A stretch of DNA of 64,000 nucleotides from the IMG/VR virus record IMGVR_UViG_3300021958_000024; one strand, 5' to 3'. How positions within the stretch are numbered: the first letter of the stretch is position 1; each line of letters starts with the position of its first letter. The position numbers were made by a program, and so were the translations under genes. A model generated the notes under the pieces. That model did no database searches and was not told the origin of the DNA. It was given only the letters and a program-made list of their open reading frames with translations. Shown one piece after another: positions 47,678 through 58,109 of this stretch. Origin of the DNA: a virus. Taxonomy: Duplodnaviria > Caudoviricetes.

Positions 47678-49324
47678 ATGAGTGACGTATATCTTGGTAA
47701 TCCTCTACTCAAAAAGGCAAACACCCCTATTGAGTTTACTGAAGAGCAGATTATTGAATTTTTAAAGTGTAAAGAAGATCCTGTCTACTTTGCACACAAT
47801 CATATTAAGATTGTCTCCCTTGATGAAGGTCTAACTCAGTTTCATCCTTACGATTTTCAGGAGAAGTTAATATGCAACTTCCACAAAAATAGATTTAATA
47901 TATGCAAAATGCCTCGTCAGACTGGAAAGTCTACAACTGTTGTATCATACCTTTTACATTATCTCATCTTTAATGATAGTGTCAACATTGGTATTCTTGC
48001 AAACAAAGCGGCAACTGCTAGAGAACTATTAGGAAGGTTAGCTACTGCATATGAAAACTTGCCCAAATGGATGCAGCAGGGTATCATTGCATGGAACCGT
48101 GGTAACATTGAGTTAGAAAATGGCAGTAAGATATTGGCAGCTTCTACATCTGCAAGTGCTGTCCGAGGTATGTCGTTTAACATCCTCTTTCTCGACGAGT
48201 TCGCGTTCGTCCCAAATCACATTGCTGACTCGTTCTTTGCATCTGTTTATCCTACTATTACTTCTGGTAAAAGCACGAAAGTAATCATGGTTTCTACCCC
48301 TCATGGTATGAACCATTTTTATCGTTTTTGGCATGATGCTGAAAGAAAAAAGAACGAATATGTTCCTACAGAAGTTCATTGGTCTGAGGTTCCTGGTAGA
48401 GATGCTGCTTGGAAAGCACAAACTATCGCCAATACTTCAGAACAGCAGTTCAAAGTTGAGTTTGAATGTGAGTTCTTAGGATCTGTAGATACCCTTATTG
48501 CACCATCAAAGTTAAAATCTTTGGTTTATTCGGATCCAATAAAAAGAAATGTTGGATTAGATATCTACGAAAACTCTAAGGAAAATCATGATTATGTCAT
48601 TACAGTAGACGTTGCCAGAGGAGTTAGTGAAGACTATTCGGCATTTATTGTTACAGATATAACAGAGTTTCCTCATAGAGTAGTTGCAAAGTATAGGAAT
48701 AATGAGATTAAACCTATGCTATTTCCAAATATCATATATGAAGTAGCAAAAAGTTATAATGGAGCATATATTTTATGTGAAGTGAATGATATTGGCGATC
48801 AAGTAGCATCATTGCTCCACTATGATCTAGAATATCAGAATGTTTTGATGTGCTCTATGAGAGGAAGAGCAGGTCAGATTGTTGGACAAGGATTTTCAGG
48901 CAAAAAAACTCAGTTGGGAGTTAAGATGTCGAAGACTGTTAAAAAGGTCGGCGCTCTTAACCTAAAAACTATGATCGAAGAAGATAAACTAATCTTCAAT
49001 GATTATGAGATTATATCTGAGCTAACAACCTTTATTTCAAAAAACAACTCATTTGAAGCGGAAGATGGGTGTAATGATGACCTTGCTATGTGCTTGGTAA
49101 TATATGCTTGGTTGGTTTCCCAAGATTATTTTAAAGAACTTACAGATCAGGATATTAGAAAAAGACTATACGAAGAACAAAAGAATCAAATAGAACAAGA
49201 TATGTCTCCATTTGGATTTATTGTGGATGGGTTAGATGATGGTCAATCTTTTGTAGATGAATCTGGAGACAGATGGTTTACTGATGAATATGGTGATATG
49301 TCATATATGTGGGAGTATATGTGA
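47678..49324 (+). CDS. g17: Terminase large subunit gp17
   Basis: PRQTGKST Walker A, LFLDEFAF Walker B, VDVARG and DDLAM nuclease motifs. Confidence 0.97.
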   Translation: MSDVYLGNPLLKKANTPIEFTEEQIIEFLKCKEDPVYFAHNHIKIVSLDEGLTQFHPYDFQEKLICNFHKNRFNICKMPRQTGKSTTVVSYLLHYLIFNDSVNIGILANKAATARELLGRLATAYENLPKWMQQGIIAWNRGNIELENGSKILAASTSASAVRGMSFNILFLDEFAFVPNHIADSFFASVYPTITSGKSTKVIMVSTPHGMNHFYRFWHDAERKKNEYVPTEVHWSEVPGRDAAWKAQTIANTSEQQFKVEFECEFLGSVDTLIAPSKLKSLVYSDPIKRNVGLDIYENSKENHDYVITVDVARGVSEDYSAFIVTDITEFPHRVVAKYRNNEIKPMLFPNIIYEVAKSYNGAYILCEVNDIGDQVASLLHYDLEYQNVLMCSMRGRAGQIVGQGFSGKKTQLGVKMSKTVKKVGALNLKTMIEEDKLIFNDYEIISELTTFISKNNSFEAEDGCNDDLAMCLVIYAWLVSQDYFKELTDQDIRKRLYEEQKNQIEQDMSPFGFIVDGLDDGQSFVDESGDRWFTDEYGDMSYMWEYM

Positions 49325-49551
49325 TGGATCTAGATGATCAGTTTCAAACCGAACACTTATATCTTACAGAAAGAAAATGCAGAACTTGTGGCGAAACTAA
49401 AGACCTTATTGATGGTTTTTACAAGATGAGAAAAAATAAATATAATCCGTCATCATATTCATATGAGTGCAAAGAATGCACAATAAAGAGAGTTGTAACT
49501 AGCAGAATGACTAATAGAGTCTTTGATAAATGGGAATATCCTGACTGGTAG
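49324..49551 (+). CDS. Small zinc-ribbon protein
   Basis: CRTC...ECKEC; start likely ATG 49324. Confidence 0.7.
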   Translation: MDLDDQFQTEHLYLTERKCRTCGETKDLIDGFYKMRKNKYNPSSYSYECKECTIKRVVTSRMTNRVFDKWEYPDW

Positions 49552-49633
49552 TTGTTCATGCATAGTTTTCGCACCTGAAAGTATAGGTTTTAATAAATAT
49601 TTTCAGATAAACTGAGATACGGAGAACTTAAAA

Positions 49634-51838
49634 ATGGCAACTCCTCAATTGTCTCCTGGCGTTTTAGTCAGGGAAGTTGACTTAACTGTAGGAAGAGCTG
49701 ATAATGTACTTGACAATATTGGGGCAATTGCTGGTCCCTTCGTAAAAGGTCCAGTTAATGAACCGATTGATATCACTACAGAGCAAGAACTTATTGATGC
49801 ATTCGGCAAGCCAAGTGGAACAGATTCTCAATATGAGTATTGGATGTCTGCATCATCATATCTATCATACGGTGGTGTTCTGAAAGTAGTCAGAACTGGA
49901 GACGATCAGTTTAAGAACGCTTCTGCTATTAGAGATGCTAGTGGCGTTTCTATCGCTTCTACTTCTAACCTTAGAATCTCAAACTACGATAACTATGAAG
50001 AGTATTGGGCAGATGATATTGCCGATTACATCTTCGCTGCAAAGAACCCAGGTTCATGGGCAAATGAGTTAAAGGTTTGTATTGTTGACGATAAAGCAGA
50101 CCAAACTCTTACTGTTGGAGGTGCTGTTGAAAACATTTCAGTAGGTTTAGCAGTAACTACTGCACTATCAAATATTCCATCAGCAGGTATTGGAACAACC
50201 TCACTATTCACTGGATACCTAAAAGGTATCGTTACTGGAGTTGGTGCTAGCACAATTGACGTTAAAATCGCATCAGTTGTTAACTCTGTTGGAGATGAAA
50301 CACCAGTTGATTACAAAGAAAGAAGTCAACTAAGATCTTTTAGACCTGGCAATGCAATTAAGTTTGTTGGTACTGGTGGGGGAATAATTGCAGTAGCAAA
50401 TACTACCCTTTCATCCTCTGAAGAGGATGTGCTAGATTGGTATGATCAACAAAAGATTGAACTAGAAAATGCTACTGTTTTCTGGAGATCTATCGCACCA
50501 AAACCAGTAACAAGTGCTTACGTTTCCGAAAGAAGCGGTAAGAACGATGCAATGCACATTGCAGTTATTGATGACACTGGATCTGTAACTGGAATCCAAG
50601 GAAATCTACTAGAGAAGCATTTATTCCTTTCAAAAGCAACTGACGCAGTTTCTGCAGAAAATGCTCCACTAAGAATCTGGTGGAAAGAATATCTTGCTAA
50701 GTATTCTGATTACATCTATGCTGGCGATAACCCTTCCGATAATCTAAATGCAAATGAAGAAGTATTTGCTACTGGATTTGGAACTGCTACTACACCAGTA
50801 ACTGATTCTGATGGTTTATGGAACGAACCAGCACAAAGCAAGATCTTTAGTGCTATTGGTAACGTAACATACAAACTAACTGGTGGTCTAGACTATAACG
50901 GCGAAGCTGACACTACAGAGTCTGGTTCACTAAAAGCAGACTTAGGAAGTCTCTTTACTTCATACAGTCTCTTTGAAAATAAAGACGAAATCGAAGTTGA
51001 CTATCTAATCATGGGTCCTGGAATGGACAATAAGTTTGCTTCACAAGCAAAAGCAAATCATCTAATCTCCCTTGCAAATGGAAGAAAAGATTGTATTGCT
51101 GTTATTGGACCACACAGAACCGATCTTGTTGGTGTAACAAATAAATCAAAACAAACTGATAGTCTTATTGAATACTTTGCTCCACTAGAATCTTCATCAT
51201 ATGCTATCTTTGATAGTGGATATAAGTACACTTACGATCGCTTCAATAATAAGTTCCGTTATATTCCTTGCAACCCAGACGTTGCAGGTCTATGCGTAAG
51301 AACTTCAATCTTTGCTTATCCATGGTTCTCACCAGCAGGTCAGCAAAGAGGTATTTTGAATAATGCTATTAAACTAGCATACAATCCATCAAAACCACAA
51401 AGAGATAAGTTATATCCATCCAGAGTTAACTCTATTGTTAATAAGCCTGGTCTTGGTATTCTACTCTTTGGCGATAAAACTGCTTTAGGTTACGCATCTG
51501 CATTTGATAGAATCAACGTTCGTAGATTGTTCTTGACCGTTGAACAAGCACTCGCTAGAACTGCAGAAGCACAACTATTTGAACTAAATGATGAAATTAC
51601 AAGAGCAAACTTTGTAAATATTGTTGAACCATATCTGAGAGATATTAAAGCTAAGAGAGGACTTTATGGATTCTTAGTTGTCTGTGATGAATCAAATAAC
51701 ACCCCCGATGTTATTGATAACAATGAGTTTAGAGCAGACATCTTCCTGAAGCCTGCTAAATCCATTAACTACGTTACTCTCACATTCGTAGCAACTAGAA
51801 CAGGTGTTGCGTTTGAAGAAGTTGTTGGTACTGTTTGA
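49634..51838 (+). CDS. g18: Tail sheath protein gp18
   Basis: SPGVLVREVDLT, PWFSPAG, FDRINVRRLF; ATAAATA at 49593. Confidence 0.97.
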   Translation: MATPQLSPGVLVREVDLTVGRADNVLDNIGAIAGPFVKGPVNEPIDITTEQELIDAFGKPSGTDSQYEYWMSASSYLSYGGVLKVVRTGDDQFKNASAIRDASGVSIASTSNLRISNYDNYEEYWADDIADYIFAAKNPGSWANELKVCIVDDKADQTLTVGGAVENISVGLAVTTALSNIPSAGIGTTSLFTGYLKGIVTGVGASTIDVKIASVVNSVGDETPVDYKERSQLRSFRPGNAIKFVGTGGGIIAVANTTLSSSEEDVLDWYDQQKIELENATVFWRSIAPKPVTSAYVSERSGKNDAMHIAVIDDTGSVTGIQGNLLEKHLFLSKATDAVSAENAPLRIWWKEYLAKYSDYIYAGDNPSDNLNANEEVFATGFGTATTPVTDSDGLWNEPAQSKIFSAIGNVTYKLTGGLDYNGEADTTESGSLKADLGSLFTSYSLFENKDEIEVDYLIMGPGMDNKFASQAKANHLISLANGRKDCIAVIGPHRTDLVGVTNKSKQTDSLIEYFAPLESSSYAIFDSGYKYTYDRFNNKFRYIPCNPDVAGLCVRTSIFAYPWFSPAGQQRGILNNAIKLAYNPSKPQRDKLYPSRVNSIVNKPGLGILLFGDKTALGYASAFDRINVRRLFLTVEQALARTAEAQLFELNDEITRANFVNIVEPYLRDIKAKRGLYGFLVVCDESNNTPDVIDNNEFRADIFLKPAKSINYVTLTFVATRTGVAFEEVVGTV

Positions 51839-51875
51839 TCATTTTTACCATAAACACTAAGGAGGCACTAAGAAA

Positions 51876-52496
51876 ATGGCAACACTAAAATCTCTATCTC
51901 AGTTTAAAACTAAACTGATTGGTGGTGGAGCAAGACCAAACCTATTTGAAGTTCAACTACCATCTGTTCCTGGTGGAATAGATCTAGATATTCAGGGAGA
52001 CGGAACTGGAATATATGATTCCGAGAACTTTACTTTTCTATGTAAAGCAGCTGCTCTCCCAGCATCAACAATGAATCCTATTGAGGTTCCTTTTAGAGGT
52101 CGCACTTTAAAAGTTGCTGGTGATAGAACCTATGATGTATGGACAGTTACTGTTATCAATGACGAAGCATTTGATCACAGAAGAGTATTTGAATCCTGGA
52201 TGCAGAATATTAACCAATATTCTGATCATAGTGGATTAACAAATCCAATCGATTATATGACAGATGCTACTGTTCTTCAACTAGGCAGAGGAAAAGTAAA
52301 TAGAGAAACTGGAACTGGTAGTGGTGGAAAAGCAAACGTTCTTGCACAATATAAGTTCAAGGATATTTTCCCAACTAACATTTCTGCTATTGAACTTAGT
52401 TATGAAACTAGCGACACCATTGAAGAGTTTACTGTAGATTTCCAAGTCCAGTTCTGGTATCCAGAAAAAGCAGGAACTAACATTGCTCAAGGATAA
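51876..52496 (+). CDS. g19: Tail tube protein gp19
   Basis: GGARPNLFEV, FRGRTLKVAGDRT, IEEFTVDFQ. Confidence 0.96.
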   Translation: MATLKSLSQFKTKLIGGGARPNLFEVQLPSVPGGIDLDIQGDGTGIYDSENFTFLCKAAALPASTMNPIEVPFRGRTLKVAGDRTYDVWTVTVINDEAFDHRRVFESWMQNINQYSDHSGLTNPIDYMTDATVLQLGRGKVNRETGTGSGGKANVLAQYKFKDIFPTNISAIELSYETSDTIEEFTVDFQVQFWYPEKAGTNIAQG

Positions 52497-52531
52497 TAAA
52501 TAGAAACAGTAAATAAGATCTAGGTTAAATA

Positions 52532-54178
52532 ATGTCGAGATTATTTGGTTTCTCTATTGAGGACGATAAAAATAAAATCTCCAAGAATGTAGTTTCCCCC
52601 GTTCCTCAAAACAATGAGGACGGGGTTGACCACTATCTTACGAGTGGATTTTTTGGTACTTCAATAGATATTGAAGGTGTCTATAAGACAGAACACGATT
52701 TAATCAAAAGATATCGTGAGATGTCGCTTCATCCAGAAGTTGATAGTGCTATTGAGGATATTGTAAATGAAGCGATTGTATCCGATACTTATGATATCCC
52801 AGTAGAGATAGAACTGTCAAACTTAAATGCTAGTGATGGATTAAAGAAAAGAATTCGAGAAGAGTTTAAAACAATATTGGAAATAATGGACTTTGATAAA
52901 AAGTCCCATGAAATCTATAGAAACTGGTATGTTGACGGAAGGATTTATTATCATAAACTTATTGATGTAAAAAATCCTCAAGAAGGAATACAAGAGTTAA
53001 GGCACATTGATGCCTTAAAAATGAGATATGTAAGAACAAAGAAGAAGAAAAATAGATTAGATATCAACATCACAAATGGAAGATCTGACGATCTCGTGAA
53101 TTTGGATTTTCCAGTTATTGATGAGTATTTTGAGTATAGTCCAAAGACTAGTGGATTAAATACACAGAATAATCCAACTGGTTCTATCAAAATTGCAAAG
53201 GATTCTATTGCATATTGCAGTTCTGGACTAGTTGATAGAAACAAAAATACAGTTCTATCGTATCTGCACAAATCAATCAAAGCAGTAAATCAACTTCGTA
53301 TGATCGAAGATTCTCTTGTAATCTATAGATTATCAAGAGCACCAGAACGTCGTATTTTTTATATTGATGTTGGAAACCTTCCAAAGATAAAAGCGGAGCA
53401 ATATCTTCGTGACGTAATGATGCGTTATAGAAACAAGTTAGTTTATGATGGAAGCACAGGGGAGATCAAAGATGACAAAAAATACATGTCAATGCTTGAA
53501 GATTTTTGGTTGCCTCGCAGAGAAGGCGGAAGGGGAACAGAAATCACAACTCTGCCAGGTGGCCAAAACCTTGGAGAAATCACTGATATTGAGTACTTTA
53601 AGAAAAAACTATACAGAGCACTTAATGTTCCACCCTCAAGAATGGATGGAGAAGGTGGGTTTAACTTGGGCAGATCTTCTGAAATCCTAAGAGATGAACT
53701 TAAGTTCACTAAGTTTGTTGGTCGTTTAAGAAAGAGATTCTCAAATCTTTTTAATGACATTTTAAAAACACAACTTATTTTGAAGAATGTTGTGACCCCT
53801 GAAGATTGGAAAAAGATGTCAGAACATATTCAATATGATTTCTTATATGATAATCATTTCTCAGAACTAAAAGAATCTGAGTTAATGGCTGAAAGATTAA
53901 ATCTTGCAGTGACTGCAGAACCTTATATTGGCAAGTATTTTTCTCAAGACTACGTTAGAAGAAAAATCATAAGGCAGACTGATGAAGAAATCGTTGAACA
54001 AGATAAACTAATCAAAAAAGAAATCAAAGATGGCGTTATTCCTGATCCAAATGCGCCAATAGATCCAGAAACTGGTATGCCTTTAGATGACACTATGAAT
54101 GGTGAAATGGGAGCTGTTCCTTTAGATCCTGGTATTAATGAAAAACCAGTAGAAGCTCCCAAAGGAGGAGAAATATAA
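52532..54178 (+). CDS. g20: Portal vertex protein gp20
   Basis: RAPERRIFYIDVGNLPK, EDFWLPRREGGRGTEI; ATAAATA at 52496. Confidence 0.98.
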   Translation: MSRLFGFSIEDDKNKISKNVVSPVPQNNEDGVDHYLTSGFFGTSIDIEGVYKTEHDLIKRYREMSLHPEVDSAIEDIVNEAIVSDTYDIPVEIELSNLNASDGLKKRIREEFKTILEIMDFDKKSHEIYRNWYVDGRIYYHKLIDVKNPQEGIQELRHIDALKMRYVRTKKKKNRLDINITNGRSDDLVNLDFPVIDEYFEYSPKTSGLNTQNNPTGSIKIAKDSIAYCSSGLVDRNKNTVLSYLHKSIKAVNQLRMIEDSLVIYRLSRAPERRIFYIDVGNLPKIKAEQYLRDVMMRYRNKLVYDGSTGEIKDDKKYMSMLEDFWLPRREGGRGTEITTLPGGQNLGEITDIEYFKKKLYRALNVPPSRMDGEGGFNLGRSSEILRDELKFTKFVGRLRKRFSNLFNDILKTQLILKNVVTPEDWKKMSEHIQYDFLYDNHFSELKESELMAERLNLAVTAEPYIGKYFSQDYVRRKIIRQTDEEIVEQDKLIKKEIKDGVIPDPNAPIDPETGMPLDDTMNGEMGAVPLDPGINEKPVEAPKGGEI

Positions 54179-54208
54179 ATAATATTATTGCATTTATAAA
54201 ATTAAACT

Positions 54209-54382
54209 ATGGATGAACTAATCGACATGATCATTGCTGATAAATCTGCTTCTAGTGTCAGTGACAAAATCAAAGACGTTTTATATTCAAAAGCGGCTGA
54301 AAGAGTAGATTCTTTAAAACCATCAGTAGCAAGTTCTATTTTTGGCGATGAAGAATCTGAAGATGACACTGAAGAAGAATAA
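54209..54382 (+). CDS. Small acidic protein (57 aa) in the prohead-core gene position
   Basis: TATAAATA at 54174; MDELIDMIIADKS...EDDTEEE read by hand. Confidence 0.7.
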   Translation: MDELIDMIIADKSASSVSDKIKDVLYSKAAERVDSLKPSVASSIFGDEESEDDTEEE

Positions 54383-54403
54383 ATATCTTAAAAAATAAGT
54401 ACG

Positions 54404-54682
54404 ATGACACAAAGAACAAGACTGATTGCAGGAGAAACTGCATTAACAACATCCAGCGGTGATGTGAATACACTTTCAAATGCTACTTGCATTCGAGTTT
54501 GGAATGGTCATACAGATACTGCAACTGTAAGCATTGCTAAGAGTACAGAATCTGGTTATGCAGGTATTGCATCATTAACGATGGCATCTAAAACTGTTGA
54601 GTTTTTAGAAAAAGATGCACAGGATATCATCTGGTCAAATAATACTGCAGTATTGGCGGCAAAAGTAGCATTCACAAACTAA
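54404..54682 (+). CDS. Hypothetical protein
   Basis: 92-aa ORF after ATAAATA at 54379. Confidence 0.7.
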   Translation: MTQRTRLIAGETALTTSSGDVNTLSNATCIRVWNGHTDTATVSIAKSTESGYAGIASLTMASKTVEFLEKDAQDIIWSNNTAVLAAKVAFTN

Positions 54683-54686
54683 TCCA

Positions 54687-55337
54687 ATGAAACTAATCAG
54701 AGAAGAAATCGAAAAAGTTGAAGTTCTTACAGAAGGAACTGGAAGAGAAGCAAAACTTTACATCAAAGGACCATTCTTACAAGCAGAATGTGTAAATCGT
54801 AATGGACGTATGTATCCTATGCCCATTATGGAGAAAGAGGTAAAGCGTTATAACGAACAATATGTCCAAAAAGGACGTGCTCTTGGAGAACTTGGTCATC
54901 CTGATGGTCCCACAGTAAACCTTGATAGAGTTTCACATAAAATTGTAGAACTTTATAAAGTAGGAAATAACTTTGAAGGTAAGGCACAAATCCTTTCTAC
55001 ACCAATGGGCAAGATCGCAGAATCTTTACTCAAAGATGGTGTAACTCTTGGAGTTTCTTCCCGTGGCATTGGTTCTTTAGTTACAACTAAAGAAGGATAT
55101 AAGCAAGTTGGTGAAGATTTTATGTTAGCAACTGCTGCTGATATCGTTGCTGATCCATCTGCACCTGATGCATTTGTTCAAGGAATCATGGAAGGAAAAG
55201 AATGGGTTTGGGATGGTGGTGTTCTTCGTGAAAAGCTCGCAGAACAAACAAAACGCAAAATCAATACCCTTGTTGATCAAAGAAGATTAGAAGAGCATAA
55301 GATTGATCTCTTCAATAACTTTTTGAATTCACTATAG
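54687..55337 (+). CDS. g21: Prohead protease gp21
   Basis: NRNGRMYP, ALGELGHP, GVSSRGIGS, DIVADPSAPDA. Confidence 0.97.
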   Translation: MKLIREEIEKVEVLTEGTGREAKLYIKGPFLQAECVNRNGRMYPMPIMEKEVKRYNEQYVQKGRALGELGHPDGPTVNLDRVSHKIVELYKVGNNFEGKAQILSTPMGKIAESLLKDGVTLGVSSRGIGSLVTTKEGYKQVGEDFMLATAADIVADPSAPDAFVQGIMEGKEWVWDGGVLREKLAEQTKRKINTLVDQRRLEEHKIDLFNNFLNSL

Positions 55338-55361
55338 CATATATGGTGGAAATCATTAAAA

Positions 55362-55369
55362 TATAAATA
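55362..55369 (+). promoter_or_regulatory. T4-type late promoter
   Basis: TATAAATA before g22; related ATAAATA boxes precede g25, g8, 45137, g18, g20, g3 and uvsW. Confidence 0.8.
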
Positions 55370-55412
55370 AATATAGATTTAATACAGTTTAACGTAAATC
55401 GGAGAGTTTTAA

Positions 55413-56555
55413 ATGTCTAGTGGAGAAAACTTACAAGAAATGGAAGTAGGCACTGCTCAATCCAAGACTGCCGTTAATTCTGGTGCTAAATCAGCAGATC
55501 CAATGCCTTCCGCAGGAAGCAATGCATCTGGTGTTTCAACTCCAGGTCAAACTGGTAGTTGGGAAGATTTAGGCGGTCCTACTCCAGAAAACTATAAGTC
55601 TGATGACGATTCAGCAAAGTTCAAAGAACCTTCACTTAAAACAGTGAAGGATGTGGTAAACAGAGGTGCTAAACCTGCTGAACCAATGCAGAAACTTACT
55701 GGAGCAGTTAAGGAAGAAGAAGAGATTGAAGATGAAGTAATCTCTGAAGATGATGCAGTCGAAACCGAAGAGGATCAAGAAGTTGTATCCGAAGAGGAAG
55801 TAGAAGAAGTAGATGCTGAAGAAGAGTATGACATCGAAGATGATGTTAATGCTATTCTCGAAACTGACGAAGTAGAACTCTCCGAAGAGTTTAAAGAAAA
55901 AGCAAAACTAGTATTTGAATCTGCACTCAAAGCTAAAGTTGGAGAAATCCAAGAAGCTCTTGAGATCAGATATGAAGAAAGACTCGCTGAAGAAGTTGCT
56001 GAAATCAAAGAAGCACTTCAAGAGCGTGTTGATTCTTATCTAGAGTATGTTGCTGATGAGTGGGTTTCTGAAAATCAACTCTCAGTAGAGCAAGGTCTGA
56101 AAGAAGAACTCTCCGAGTCCTTCATGTCAGGTATACATGATCTTTTTGAAGCACATTATGTACACATCCCTGAAGATAAATATGATGTTCTAGATAGCAT
56201 GACAGAAAAACTTGATGAAATGGAGACAAAACTCAACGAGCAGATTGAGAAGAATGTTTCCCTAAACAAGCGTCTCGCAGAGTCGGTTGCTGACGGAATC
56301 TTCGATGATATTGCAGAGGGTCTAGCACTCTCGCAAAAAGAAAAGCTCGCTTCACTTGCAGAAAGTGTTGAGTTTGGAAGTGAGACAGAATATCGTGAAA
56401 AGTTGGTAGCATTAAAGGAATCATATTTCCCTGCAAAAAATGCTAACCCCAAGGTGGTTTCCGAGAACCTTAGCGAAGAAGTAGAAACTCCTGAATTTTA
56501 TTCCAGAGAGATGGATGCTTACCTAGCAATGGTAAACAGAATCGCTAAAAACTGA
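55413..56555 (+). CDS. g22: Prohead core scaffold gp22
   Basis: Acidic coiled coil, LSEEFKEKAK, VDSYLEYVADEW; between g21 and g23. Confidence 0.93.
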   Translation: MSSGENLQEMEVGTAQSKTAVNSGAKSADPMPSAGSNASGVSTPGQTGSWEDLGGPTPENYKSDDDSAKFKEPSLKTVKDVVNRGAKPAEPMQKLTGAVKEEEEIEDEVISEDDAVETEEDQEVVSEEEVEEVDAEEEYDIEDDVNAILETDEVELSEEFKEKAKLVFESALKAKVGEIQEALEIRYEERLAEEVAEIKEALQERVDSYLEYVADEWVSENQLSVEQGLKEELSESFMSGIHDLFEAHYVHIPEDKYDVLDSMTEKLDEMETKLNEQIEKNVSLNKRLAESVADGIFDDIAEGLALSQKEKLASLAESVEFGSETEYREKLVALKESYFPAKNANPKVVSENLSEEVETPEFYSREMDAYLAMVNRIAKN

Positions 56556-56596
56556 AATCAACATTAAAACAAACACACTTTTAGAGGTAAACGCAA

Positions 56597-58033
56597 ATGT
56601 TCCATTCAGAGCATCTGCAGGAAAAGTGGGCACCCCTTCTTAATGCTGGCGATCCTATCAGGGATAACCACAGAAGAGCAGTAACCGCAGTCCTGCTAGA
56701 GAACCAAGAAAAATTCCTAAGAGAGCAACAAGCTTTCAACCAATCAGGATCATTCCTAACTGAATCACCAACCAACTCAGCTGGTACAGGTGGTTATACT
56801 GGAGCTTCCGCAGAAGGCGGTCCAGTTGCAGGTTTCGATCCAGTTCTGATCTCCTTGATCAGACGCTCCATGCCTAACCTGGTTGCATATGACCTCGCAG
56901 GCGTACAACCAATGAGCGGTCCTACTGGACTAATCTTCGCAATGCGTTCACGCTACACTGATCAGAACGGTCAGGAAGCACTATTTGACGAAGCAGATAC
57001 TCGCTTCTCTGGTCAGAACGCTGCAGGCAGCCTTGCACAAACAGGTTATACCAGCCCAACAGGCGATGTTGGTATCGGTACTACCGCAGCAGCATCTGGC
57101 AACACTAACCCTGGTCTTCTAAACGCTTCTGGCGAATATAACGTTTCTGGTGGCATGAACACTGGAGATGCAGAAGGTCTAGGTTATGGTGATAACTCTG
57201 GTTTCAACGAGATGGCCTTCTCAATCGAGAAGATCACCGTTGCTGCAAAATCCAGAGCACTCAAAGCTGAGTATTCACTAGAACTCGCTCAAGACCTTAA
57301 GGCAATCCACGGTCTAAACGCTGAAGCAGAACTTGCTAATATCCTTTCTAGCGAGATCCTTGCTGAAATCAACCGTGAGGTTATCCGTAGCATCTATATC
57401 ACTGCAGAAGCTGGTGCTCAGCAGAACGTTGCTACCGCAGGTGCATTTGACCTAGACGTTGACTCCAACGGTCGCTGGTCAGTTGAGAAGTTCAAAGGTC
57501 TACTCTTCCAAATCGAGCGCGATGCAAACCAGATCGCAACCAGAACTCGTCGTGGAAAGGGCAACATCATCCTCTGCTCTGCAGACGTTGCTTCAGCTCT
57601 AACCATGGCAGGTGTACTCGATTACACCCCTGCACTCAATGCAAACCTAAGCGTAGATGAGACTGGCAATACATTTGCTGGAACTCTAATGGGCAAGTAT
57701 CGCGTATACATTGACCCATATGCTGCAAACCTAACCAACCGTGCTGGCGGCGCTGGTAACGTTGGTGGTAACCAGTACTACGTTGTTGGTTATAAGGGTT
57801 CTTCACCTTATGACGCAGGTCTCTTCTATTGCCCATATGTACCTCTCCAGATGGTACGTGCAGTTGGCGAGAACAGCTTCCAGCCTAAGATCGGCTTCAA
57901 GACCCGTTACGGTCTAGTTGCTAACCCATTCGCTGAAGGTGGACTTGCTTCAGGCGCATCAACAACCCTTGGTCGCCTTGCAGCAGATACCAACCGCTAC
58001 TACAGAAGAGTTCTTGTTAAGAACCTCATGTGA
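56597..58033 (+). CDS. g23: Major capsid protein gp23
   Basis: GVQPMSGPTGLIFAMR, KSRALKAEYS, FQPKIGFKTRYG. Confidence 0.99.
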   Translation: MFHSEHLQEKWAPLLNAGDPIRDNHRRAVTAVLLENQEKFLREQQAFNQSGSFLTESPTNSAGTGGYTGASAEGGPVAGFDPVLISLIRRSMPNLVAYDLAGVQPMSGPTGLIFAMRSRYTDQNGQEALFDEADTRFSGQNAAGSLAQTGYTSPTGDVGIGTTAAASGNTNPGLLNASGEYNVSGGMNTGDAEGLGYGDNSGFNEMAFSIEKITVAAKSRALKAEYSLELAQDLKAIHGLNAEAELANILSSEILAEINREVIRSIYITAEAGAQQNVATAGAFDLDVDSNGRWSVEKFKGLLFQIERDANQIATRTRRGKGNIILCSADVASALTMAGVLDYTPALNANLSVDETGNTFAGTLMGKYRVYIDPYAANLTNRAGGAGNVGGNQYYVVGYKGSSPYDAGLFYCPYVPLQMVRAVGENSFQPKIGFKTRYGLVANPFAEGGLASGASTTLGRLAADTNRYYRRVLVKNLM

Positions 58034-58056
58034 TCTAAGTTCACATATAACTTCAG

Positions 58057-58082
58057 AGGGTGCCGAAAGGCACCCTTTTTTT
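58057..58082 (+). terminator. Rho-independent terminator after g23
   Basis: AGGGTGCC-GAAA-GGCACCCT + T run. Confidence 0.9.
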
Positions 58083-58109
58083 ATCTAAATAAATAAAAAG
58101 GTTATAGAG

